DNA of 64,000 bases from a virus. The notes beneath the pieces are model-generated. The model saw only the letters and a program-made list of their open reading frames with translations. It did no database searches and had not been told where the DNA came from. Location: IMG/VR virus record IMGVR_UViG_3300011116_000796, positions 1 through 64,000 of that record. One strand, 5' to 3'. This document shows positions 9,644 to 20,326 of the stretch, one piece after another (position 1 is the first letter of the stretch; the number at the start of each line of letters is the position of its first letter). Position numbers and translations under genes: made by a program.

Positions 9644-10816
9644 ATGCCGACTTGGAGAAATAACGACAGAGAAGAATCGAAGCCATCGTGGCTGAACCCC
9701 GCACAGAAGATCAACTGTGTTAGAACAGTTCGTGGATGGGAAATTCCACAACACGGAAGCAGCCTCGGATCCAACTTCGATGGTTCAAAAGGGTACACTA
9801 GTGTATTTTATGGATCAACTGGTGGTACAGCATCACCAAAGACAGAATTAATTGTGTGTATTCCTAATGATCCAGTCTACAATCCTCAGGTTGTCATAAC
9901 GGTTACAGGAGTGGGACAAGAATTTACTCAAGGCATTTCTGGATTCTCTCTGACAGCAGGGGCATCTGTATTCTTTGGAACCCTCCCATATACAGGAACT
10001 GCCAACGCACTTTCAGTTGGAACTATTATTGCATCAACTGGAGGAGTATCATCTTTCACAATACAATTGAACTCATTTAATTTACTAAATGGTGGTGGTG
10101 CAGGCGGTTACGGTTCTGTTGTTGTAGGTGGAATTGCTCAGTCAATCGGACCTGGTGGAACAACAGGAACAACTGCTCAGATTCAAACTGTATCTCGTAT
10201 AATGGATACATTCTCGTCAAGCGGATTCTATACGTCAAGACAAGTAGCAACCGGTGGTCATACTTTCGGCGGGGACACTCCAAATTATAGACCATATATC
10301 ACCGTTCCATTTAATGGCGATGGTGCAACATCTGGTGGATTAGATGGAACTGGACTATCTTTCGGAACCACAGGTGCACATGCAGGATTTACTGGAGTTG
10401 CTGTGGTAGGATCAACTGGTTTTGGATTCTATGCTGTAAATCAATACGGAGCAGGAACTCTAAATTTCCCAGGAGCGACTGCATATATCAAGGTAGTTGC
10501 GAACGATTCAAACTTCACACAGCAAATTGCAATGTCTTTACCGGCAGAAAGCGGACAGCAATTTGGAAATCCAGGTGCAGTTTTGATTCAGGGCAATAAT
10601 CTTATCAATGGAACTGTTCCGATTTCAGTTTACGAAGCATTCTTTGGTCCGACTGCAAGTGTAAATAACAACATCGGAGTAATCCAAATTCGTAGGGGTG
10701 GTGCTACAGCAAATCAAAATTACAAGATGGTGATCCGTGCAACAGACAATGGTGCTGGAGGACTCACATCTGATTCTGCTGTATTTGTGAAATTCGGTGC
10801 CGCTGCCAACGGATAA
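9644..10816 (+). CDS. Putative capsid decoration/structural protein
   Basis: N-terminus MPTWRNND..SKPSWL...GW...ELIV resembles a conserved T4-like structural family; Gly/Thr-rich body; SD AGGAG. Confidence 0.5.
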   Translation: MPTWRNNDREESKPSWLNPAQKINCVRTVRGWEIPQHGSSLGSNFDGSKGYTSVFYGSTGGTASPKTELIVCIPNDPVYNPQVVITVTGVGQEFTQGISGFSLTAGASVFFGTLPYTGTANALSVGTIIASTGGVSSFTIQLNSFNLLNGGGAGGYGSVVVGGIAQSIGPGGTTGTTAQIQTVSRIMDTFSSSGFYTSRQVATGGHTFGGDTPNYRPYITVPFNGDGATSGGLDGTGLSFGTTGAHAGFTGVAVVGSTGFGFYAVNQYGAGTLNFPGATAYIKVVANDSNFTQQIAMSLPAESGQQFGNPGAVLIQGNNLINGTVPISVYEAFFGPTASVNNNIGVIQIRRGGATANQNYKMVIRATDNGAGGLTSDSAVFVKFGAAANG

Positions 10817-10825
10817 GAAAGGTAC

Positions 10826-11299
10826 ATGATGCGAAAATTCAAAGAGTTGAGGAAAATAACTGAAGATGCAAGCGATTTTTCCGGATTTATTCGGAAAAGA
10901 GTTGGTCCTCAAGATGGTGACAATTCAGTTGATTTCAACGCAAACCTTGCTAACCTGAATCCTTCTGAGGTTGATAGAATTAATACTTTCTTGGGTGCAA
11001 TGTCTGCAAAACCATATATTGATCCTAATCAGGCTATCAAAGAAGCACAAGGGAAACTTCTTACAGTTGGACTGCAATTTACTTTAAATAATGGTGATGA
11101 CTTGCGAAGAGGTGGAGAAAGAGTTTATCCTCTGAGCCTATTTGGTGGGTCATTTGGCGCAGATGGATCGACCTATGGCTACAAGACAGCAGATGATAAT
11201 ATCGAAAGAAGACTTGGTCATAAACTTGGATTGATGGTTTCTTCACAGCCGACATCTACGGGAATGACATCATTAAGGGCAGAAATTGTCCCTATGTAA
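10826..11299 (+). CDS. Hypothetical protein with capsid-targeting-like N-terminus
   Basis: MMRKFKELRKITE-D start; in-operon ORF. Confidence 0.5.
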   Translation: MMRKFKELRKITEDASDFSGFIRKRVGPQDGDNSVDFNANLANLNPSEVDRINTFLGAMSAKPYIDPNQAIKEAQGKLLTVGLQFTLNNGDDLRRGGERVYPLSLFGGSFGADGSTYGYKTADDNIERRLGHKLGLMVSSQPTSTGMTSLRAEIVPM

Positions 11300-11314
11300 C
11301 ATAAACACTTTGTA

Positions 11315-11701
11315 ATGATAGATGATACATTAACAGAGAAGAACTACATTCACTATGCTATGAAGAACTACGATAACCCATCGGGGGGGATCGAAGAGTT
11401 TGAAGAGGACATGGCGAGGATAGTCTATCTCAAAAGGTTGTTCCGCAAGTATCATAACTCTGGTATACTCCGTGAAAGATTGGTTTTAAATCACATTATA
11501 ACATTTTATAATGTGTTTGGAGTCGAGGTTGCTACTCGACTCCTTTTCTTTAGAATAGAAAGTGAACTTCACTACATACTAAAGACATTTCTAATTTACC
11601 TAAATTATCTTCCAGAGGGAAATCCTAAGTTCAAAATAGGATTTAATGTAGTTGAGATTAGTCTAGATCCCAATATTATCAAAATACTGAGGAAAATCTG
11701 A
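11315..11701 (+). CDS. Conserved T4-like (cyanophage-type) hypothetical protein
   Basis: YAMKNYDNP...EF.ED..RI.YLKRLFRKY..SG.LRERLVLNHII..YNVFG motif. Confidence 0.75.
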   Translation: MIDDTLTEKNYIHYAMKNYDNPSGGIEEFEEDMARIVYLKRLFRKYHNSGILRERLVLNHIITFYNVFGVEVATRLLFFRIESELHYILKTFLIYLNYLPEGNPKFKIGFNVVEISLDPNIIKILRKI

Positions 11702-12402
11702 TGTCCATAGGAAGTACGATACTCGACACATTCATTGCATATAAGTTTGTCAAGATCATTTCTACTCCCTGGAAAGATACTGATGCATACAAACTTGGTA
11801 TTGTTGATGAGAATGGGAAGATACTAAAGAAACGCAGCACTCTGAAAACAAAAGAAGAGAAGTCGGCGTATCCAAGTATCTTCTATACTTTGTGTTGGAA
11901 TCTAAAGAAATTGATGGATAGAGTGCCTGTGCTTAATCTTAAGAGCAAACCAGGTGCATTAGTAGCATCTGTCATGCTTCTTCGTGAAGTATGTGCTAAA
12001 GATGTAAGTGATCCTTCTATCATCGATGATCTAGTCAAAGAAGAACTCTCAAGAAGAGGGATGCATATCAGTATGATCTCTGAGTCTGCTTCTAATCCTA
12101 AAGCAATTCCTTCGGGAACCTATTCAGTTCGTGGACGAATGATTAGCATCGACTCTGACCTTCTTCCTATTGACGAATGCTTTGGTCATCCAGTATACAA
12201 ATCGAATGGTATGTTCTTCATTCTATCTGAAGTCAAGAGAGTCAAGGAGGAAGCCCCTGTTAACAATGTTGGTGGTGGTGCTATCGCAGGGGCATCGCCG
12301 GGTCAGGAGCCTCCGGGTCCAAAGGGTGGGTTCAAGGGACTAAAGAAGTTACGAAAGAGAAAGCCACCACAGATTCCGCCTATGGATGGTGGATCACGAT
12401 AA
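11701..12402 (+). CDS. Conserved T4-like hypothetical protein usually found upstream of primase
   Basis: YKFVKIISTPWKDTDAYKLGIVDENGK..K motif; C-terminal EEAPVNNVGGGAIAG. Confidence 0.7.
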   Translation: MSIGSTILDTFIAYKFVKIISTPWKDTDAYKLGIVDENGKILKKRSTLKTKEEKSAYPSIFYTLCWNLKKLMDRVPVLNLKSKPGALVASVMLLREVCAKDVSDPSIIDDLVKEELSRRGMHISMISESASNPKAIPSGTYSVRGRMISIDSDLLPIDECFGHPVYKSNGMFFILSEVKRVKEEAPVNNVGGGAIAGASPGQEPPGPKGGFKGLKKLRKRKPPQIPPMDGGSR

Positions 12403-12513
12403 TTGCTATGTATTGATGCTTTATAAATATAGCAAACAAAGTCAAGAACTTTCTTAAGAAATTCTACTGACTTATAAGACCAATGCTATATTATTAGACT
12501 TTCGTAAAAGTAC

Positions 12514-12541
12514 TTGACATTGGCAGTTTATGGGATACAAT
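12514..12541 (+). promoter_or_regulatory. Sigma70-type promoter TTGACA-N16-TACAAT, 7 nt before the primase ATG
   Basis: Read directly; same architecture upstream of uvsY and rnh. Confidence 0.7.
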
Positions 12542-12548
12542 CTCGCCA

Positions 12549-13580
12549 ATGGCTCAGTTCATAGACACAAAGTATATCAATCTGCTGTCTCCAAGGCTTG
12601 AGCGATTTCAATGGAAGAAGTCCAACCTAGCAGCCTGTCGCTGCCCCATCTGCGGTGACTCATCAAAAAGTAAACGGAAGGTTAGGTTCTACTTCTACGA
12701 GAAGAGTGGTAACTTCTTTGTGCGGTGTCATAACTGTGACTACAGCACGACGCTCGGCAGTCTTATTCGCCATATGGATGGTAATCTCTATCGGCAGTAT
12801 TGCTTTGAAAATCTGAAAGACAAAAACGACAATGGCATCTTTGTTCGGAAAGAACAATCGGAACCAAAGAAGCCTACACTTCCTGAAAACGCTGTTCTTG
12901 ATGAAATACCTAAGTTATCGGAACTGTCCTCATCTCACCCCGCTGTGGAGTGGGCGAGAAGCAGAAAGATTCCGAAAGCAAAGTTAGACTTGCTTCACTA
13001 TGCGGAGAACTTTGCCGATTGGGTGTCTCTCATAGATCCTGATGCGAATGTCGGTGATGATCAAAGAGTGGTCATACCTATCTTCTCCCGCACGGGTGCG
13101 CTCACGGGCGCACAGGGGCGCATGCTCGGGCAGGCGCAGGCGCACGGGCGTGAGGTGAGGTACATCACAATCAAGGCAGACAAGGATGGTGGTAGGCTCT
13201 GGTATGGTCTTGAGCGAACAGATCCCGACAGACCTTTGGTTGTTGTTGAGGGGCCAATTGACAGCCTGTTCTTAACCAACGGCGTTGCGATGCTAGGTTT
13301 GGCCGACCCATTAAACATTCCCGTTGGTGTTCCCACAGACAAAATTGTCTATGCTTTGGACAACGAACCTAGAAATAAGCAAGTTGTAGAGGCGATGGAA
13401 ACTTTGATTGAAGCGGGGCGATCTGTGTGCATTTGGAGTCCCCGTGTAAATGGAATCAAAGACATAAATGACATGATTCTTAAGGGTATTCATTCAGCAG
13501 AGATTGAGTCCATCATTCGTGAATGTACATTGTCTGGTCTTTCTGCCAAACTTGCTATGAAGAGTTGGAAGCGAGTCTAA
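12549..13580 (+). CDS. 61: DNA primase (T4 gp61-like)
   Basis: Zn finger CRCPICGDS...RCHNC; TOPRIM VVEGPIDSLF, DNEPRN, KDINDMI. Confidence 0.95.
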   Translation: MAQFIDTKYINLLSPRLERFQWKKSNLAACRCPICGDSSKSKRKVRFYFYEKSGNFFVRCHNCDYSTTLGSLIRHMDGNLYRQYCFENLKDKNDNGIFVRKEQSEPKKPTLPENAVLDEIPKLSELSSSHPAVEWARSRKIPKAKLDLLHYAENFADWVSLIDPDANVGDDQRVVIPIFSRTGALTGAQGRMLGQAQAHGREVRYITIKADKDGGRLWYGLERTDPDRPLVVVEGPIDSLFLTNGVAMLGLADPLNIPVGVPTDKIVYALDNEPRNKQVVEAMETLIEAGRSVCIWSPRVNGIKDINDMILKGIHSAEIESIIRECTLSGLSAKLAMKSWKRV

Positions 13581-13601
13581 ATAGAATTGTGGGAGCGATT
13601 T

Positions 13602-13871
13602 ATGGCAGACAATGATAACATCAACGAGAGTATCGATGAAAACGAGGAAACTGAAGAGATTGGCTTTGAGGATTCGGAGAATTCTCCTTTGTCAGATTCA
13701 GACATTGAGGAAAGTGAACATGCGACTACTGACATTCCTCCAGCGGACCTCATTGACTTAATCTCAAATCAGAAGGCAAGTGAAGCACGGTCTGAAATTT
13801 TCCGTGCCCTCTACAACAAGGTTGGAGAGAAAATCGAAGATATGAAGTTAGGAATTCGCAAAAGCGAGTAA
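13602..13871 (+). CDS. Small acidic protein, prohead-core (gp67-like) family candidate
   Basis: ATG 13602 after GGGAG and a late promoter; DLIDLI....ASEARSEI...LYNKVGEKIE resembles small T4-like core proteins. Confidence 0.45.
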   Translation: MADNDNINESIDENEETEEIGFEDSENSPLSDSDIEESEHATTDIPPADLIDLISNQKASEARSEIFRALYNKVGEKIEDMKLGIRKSE

Positions 13872-13889
13872 CAACTAGGAGTCTTTATT

Positions 13890-14609
13890 ATGAGTGGGAA
13901 GAGCGATATCGTTCCCGTACTTGATGCGGGATATGTTCAATATGTGGATCACATGGGGGATGACTTGACTGTAGTCAACGCTGCCCGTGTCTCTTTCAAC
14001 AAAGAAAGTGATTGGGATGGAGAGCAGCAATGGACAGGTGCAATCAAGGGCAAGACACTCACCGATAAAGATCGGAAGTTGATTGATTACCTTGCAAAGC
14101 ACAAACATTGGACTCCGTTCGCACACCCACAAATCACATTACGAATCAGCGCACCTATTTCAATTCGAACACAACTGTTTAAGCATAAGCAGGGATTTGT
14201 TGAGAACGAGGTGTCTCGTCGTTATGTCACAGAAGACCCGATGTTTTACACTCCTAAGTGGAGATCAAAACCTACAAATGGAGCAAAGCAAGGGAGTGAG
14301 GAGTTCATCGATGATAAGCAGCGTACTGACCACTTTAATGAACTGTATCTTCAGGTTGTATCGAAGGCTCATGGTTACTATGAGTACCTTATTCAGCAGG
14401 GAGTAGCCCCCGAACAAGCACGGTTCATCTTGCCACAGGGAGCCTACACTGAATGGTGGTGGACGGGTAGTCTGGCTGCATATGCTAGAGTATATGCTCT
14501 TCGGTCAGATCCCCATGCTCAATGGGAAGTTAGATCTTATGCACAGGCCATTTCCAAGATTATAGAACCTCTATATCCTATCTCTTGGAACGCTCTAACC
14601 TGTCAATAA
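13890..14609 (+). CDS. thyX: Flavin-dependent thymidylate synthase
   Basis: VVNAARVSF, HWTPFAH, QLFKHK...NEVSRRY, GVAPEQARFILPQ, HAQWEVR. Confidence 0.95.
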   Translation: MSGKSDIVPVLDAGYVQYVDHMGDDLTVVNAARVSFNKESDWDGEQQWTGAIKGKTLTDKDRKLIDYLAKHKHWTPFAHPQITLRISAPISIRTQLFKHKQGFVENEVSRRYVTEDPMFYTPKWRSKPTNGAKQGSEEFIDDKQRTDHFNELYLQVVSKAHGYYEYLIQQGVAPEQARFILPQGAYTEWWWTGSLAAYARVYALRSDPHAQWEVRSYAQAISKIIEPLYPISWNALTCQ

Positions 14610-14628
14610 ATACAGGTTGGTGCGGTGA

Positions 14629-16905
<2,277 letters not shown>

Positions 16906-16915
16906 ATAAATTCCC

Positions 16916-17962
16916 ATGAGTAATGTAATTAAAATAAAACGTGGTGTGACCGGAGGAATAATACCCGTTGGGCTGACCTTCGGTGAATTAGCAGTCAACA
17001 TCGTTGATAAAAAATTATTCGTTGGTGGAATCACAGGAGAAACAATTGAACTTCTCGGTGGTGCATCTGAAATATCAGGTTCCGCATTTCCGATTGCATC
17101 AAACACAGTAACCGGTGCAGCATCGTTTGACCCAAGATTTTTCGCAGTCGGTTCAACAGGACACGTTGCATTTCTTGGTGCGACAACTGTAGAAATTTGG
17201 ACAAATGTAGATGCAGGATATGCAAATGGAATTGCGAGTGGAATTACGTTTAGTGTTGGGTCGAGTGCGATAGATGTATTAGAGCAGTTAATATACCCAT
17301 ACCAATCGGTTTCCTTCTCTGCTTTTACGGTTGGGTTGGCTAGTAATACGTTTGATCTTGGTCAGACATCTGCCGCTGGAAGTTATTCATCGACATGGAC
17401 TACGAGTGGTCCAGCGTCAAATTGGGTCGCTGGATCAGTAAACATATCAATTGTTTCTGGCTCAAATCTCGCAACAGGACTTAACTACAACTCATCACCA
17501 TATAGCATATCACACTCTCCTTATTTGTATTCAACTCCATCAACATTATCTTTCAGTTTAACTGGACAACAAATATCAGGAACTGAGATTGTTACTGCCA
17601 CACCAAAAACTTACAGTTGGTTGCACCGAATATATTTTGGAAAGAGTTCTTCCGCTGCCCCAACTTCAATATCGAATTTGACAACTGGTCAAACAAGTAG
17701 ATATACCAGTTCAACTAGTTCTTTAGGTAACTATACATATTCATTCATAGCATCAGGTAGTGCAGAATATTGTTATGTTGTAGTTCCGACTTCTCCAGGA
17801 AGTCCTGGATCATACACTACATGGCGAGATGCGAATAATCTTGTATTTACTCCCCAAGAAGGAACTTTCACAGAAACCAATTCACATGGAGTTTCCATTT
17901 CATGGAAATGGTATAGAGTAGCGAATCCAACGACCGGAACAATATCAGTTTCTGCATCATAA
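16916..17962 (+). CDS. Fibre protein with Mtd_N-like head domain
   Basis: IKIKRG...GLTFGELAVNIVDKKLFVG; fibre repeat PIASNTVTGAASFDPRFFAV. Confidence 0.7.
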   Translation: MSNVIKIKRGVTGGIIPVGLTFGELAVNIVDKKLFVGGITGETIELLGGASEISGSAFPIASNTVTGAASFDPRFFAVGSTGHVAFLGATTVEIWTNVDAGYANGIASGITFSVGSSAIDVLEQLIYPYQSVSFSAFTVGLASNTFDLGQTSAAGSYSSTWTTSGPASNWVAGSVNISIVSGSNLATGLNYNSSPYSISHSPYLYSTPSTLSFSLTGQQISGTEIVTATPKTYSWLHRIYFGKSSSAAPTSISNLTTGQTSRYTSSTSSLGNYTYSFIASGSAEYCYVVVPTSPGSPGSYTTWRDANNLVFTPQEGTFTETNSHGVSISWKWYRVANPTTGTISVSAS

Positions 17963-17968
17963 AACATT

Positions 17969-18703
17969 ATGCCAATTACTGGATACATCTCTATTGGACT
18001 TCCACTCGGACCAAACGACGAGACTGATCCTGTATTCATTACAGATCCAAAATATGGTCTTGGTGGTTTGCGTACATTAGGAACCACGGCAGAGAGAGAT
18101 TCTATAGTTGATGCTCGACGGCAACTGGGGATGGTTGTTTATGTGAGTGATGTGAACAAATATTACTCATTGTTGGGAGGCACTGGAAATGAACATTGGA
18201 CAATTTTTAATTCAGCGTCCTCATCGGGATTGACATCTTATATCTCCTCCTTCAATGGAAAAACTGGAGATGTTAGAATAACAAGCGGAAGAGGAATATT
18301 AGTCAAAACTCCTATTGTAATTGGTTTAACTAGTTACATAGAAATTGATAATACTTGGGGTGAATTAAGTGATGCTGCCGAAACACTAAAAACTCTTATT
18401 GTTACATCATTAAATGGTCTCACAGGAGATGTAACAATACCTTTAGCCACAACTGGAACATCTGCTGGAATTGCATCTTTTGATCCTGACTATTTCAATG
18501 TGAGTCTGACTGCACAAGTAACAGTAAAGACAGGAATAAAAGCAGGAAATTTAATAGTTCTAGGAGTAAGTTCTGTATTTGGTGCGGGGCAAACGGGATC
18601 ACTACCCGCACTTGACGGATCAAAATTGCTTGAAGTGAACGCAAAGTTGTTAGATGGAAAAACGAGAGAACAGATAACAGATGGCGGATATTTTGTTAGT
18701 TAA
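17969..18703 (+). CDS. Fibre adaptor protein ending in ITDGGYFVS
   Basis: N-terminal GGLR...AERDSI...RRQLGMVVYV....KYYSL domain seen in phage fibres; SFNGKTGDV and SLNGLTGDV repeats. Confidence 0.6.
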   Translation: MPITGYISIGLPLGPNDETDPVFITDPKYGLGGLRTLGTTAERDSIVDARRQLGMVVYVSDVNKYYSLLGGTGNEHWTIFNSASSSGLTSYISSFNGKTGDVRITSGRGILVKTPIVIGLTSYIEIDNTWGELSDAAETLKTLIVTSLNGLTGDVTIPLATTGTSAGIASFDPDYFNVSLTAQVTVKTGIKAGNLIVLGVSSVFGAGQTGSLPALDGSKLLEVNAKLLDGKTREQITDGGYFVS

Positions 18704-18741
18704 GGCATTTATTACGATAAATAATTTATCAGGAGTTAGAT

Positions 18742-20289
18742 ATGGCAAGAGAAAGCACAATTAAAATTTACCGATCCGATTCGGTTGATAAACCAACAGG
18801 ACTTACATTTGGCGAACCCGCATTTGTAACAACCGATACTGCCGGAAATAGACTGTATATCGGAGGTACAGCAGGAAATTCAATTTGGATCGCCGCCGGA
18901 ATTACTGATTCTTTTGGTAAATTTACCCTTAATACGTCATCAGACAATCATGTAGTTACGCAAAAGGGGGTTGCTGACCACGTTTTGATAAACAGAACTC
19001 TGGTCAATGGTTATACAGGTTCTTGGACATTCTCAAATAATGGTGGGAGAGTTAAAGTTACTGCTACCTATAACCCCCCTTCAGGAAACTTCATAACCAT
19101 TAATGATGCCATGCCATTTGCCAGTGCTAGTATCACTGGTGTTGCCAAATTTAATGCCACATATTTTACGGTGGAGTCTGAGGGCGATGTAGTTTTAAAC
19201 ACACCCTATCGTGCAACAGGCAGCACCCTTTACAGCACTCAAACAATAACAGTTGTAAACGGTGCAACAGGAACGGCACTTGCTGTAAATCCGGCTGCTA
19301 TTCAAGGGATTGCTGGATCATTTACATTGAATGGTGCAACAGCGGAATCATCTTTAACTGCTCAGGGTGGAGCGATATTTTTAAATCAGCCTTTAGGTCA
19401 AAACAATGGTCCTGGTCCAAACATGGTCATTGGGGTTCGAATTGCTGACAACAGCCTAACCGGCGTTGCTGCGTTCAATTCAACTTATTACTCAGTTAGT
19501 GCTGCTGGCGTTGTAAGTCCTACTACTCCATTTCAATTCACAGGAGATACAGTATCTACCGTAGTAGGAAGTGGTATAACAGTAACAAAGAATTCGTCGG
19601 GAGCAGTAGTTTCTAATATTGGTGTCACGGGTTTCAATGGTCTTACTGGAAATGTGAGTTTAACTGGTTATATTGGTGGTGCAGTTCGTGTTGTGGAAAA
19701 CGATAAAGTCGATATTCGAATTGCTACTAGTTCTGTTACTGGTGTTGCTGCGTTCTCAACTGATAACTTTGCGGTGTCTCCACAGGGTGTTGTTACAGTT
19801 AAGGATAGTGGAATTGCTAATGCCGAACTTGTTAATTCTTCTATAACACTCAAAGCATCGGCTCCAGATAGTGGAAATTCAGTTTCTCTAGGACAGTCAT
19901 TCACACTAACGGGTGTGAATAATCAAATTCTCCTAGTAAGAGATGCTAGCACAGTCACAGTTGGATTTGCCGATGATGTTATTATTCCAGGAAATCTAAC
20001 TGTAAATGGAACTGTGGTTACTGCAAATGTAAGTTCATTCACTGTAGAAGATCCACTTATTGCTCTAGGATCGGGAAACGCAAATGATACAGTTGATCTT
20101 GGATTTTACTCAATTTATAATACATCAACAACTCCTGTTTATACTGGACTCTTTAGAGATCAGAATGACACCGGGAAATACAAACTATTCACTAATCTTA
20201 CTGAACAGCCAACAACTACAGTAAACACAAGTGCCGCATCTTATAGGCAAGCAGAACTTGTTGCTAGAATTGACGGCGGGACATTCTGA
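18742..20289 (+). CDS. Fibre protein, Mtd_N-like head, ends IDGGTF
   Basis: STIKIYRS...GLTFGEPAF; IPGNLTVNGTVVT..V....VEDPLIALG; DLGFY; GLFRD. Confidence 0.75.
   Translation: MARESTIKIYRSDSVDKPTGLTFGEPAFVTTDTAGNRLYIGGTAGNSIWIAAGITDSFGKFTLNTSSDNHVVTQKGVADHVLINRTLVNGYTGSWTFSNNGGRVKVTATYNPPSGNFITINDAMPFASASITGVAKFNATYFTVESEGDVVLNTPYRATGSTLYSTQTITVVNGATGTALAVNPAAIQGIAGSFTLNGATAESSLTAQGGAIFLNQPLGQNNGPGPNMVIGVRIADNSLTGVAAFNSTYYSVSAAGVVSPTTPFQFTGDTVSTVVGSGITVTKNSSGAVVSNIGVTGFNGLTGNVSLTGYIGGAVRVVENDKVDIRIATSSVTGVAAFSTDNFAVSPQGVVTVKDSGIANAELVNSSITLKASAPDSGNSVSLGQSFTLTGVNNQILLVRDASTVTVGFADDVIIPGNLTVNGTVVTANVSSFTVEDPLIALGSGNANDTVDLGFYSIYNTSTTPVYTGLFRDQNDTGKYKLFTNLTEQPTTTVNTSAASYRQAELVARIDGGTF
19465..19755 (+). 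repeat. Near-identical DNA modules A+B (copy 1)
   Basis: Matches 21133-21417 (order B+A) and 21749-21949 (B plus partial A) almost base for base. Confidence 0.9.
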
Positions 20290-20326
20290 AATCAGAACCG
20301 CTCTGATAAATACTTCGTGAGTAATT

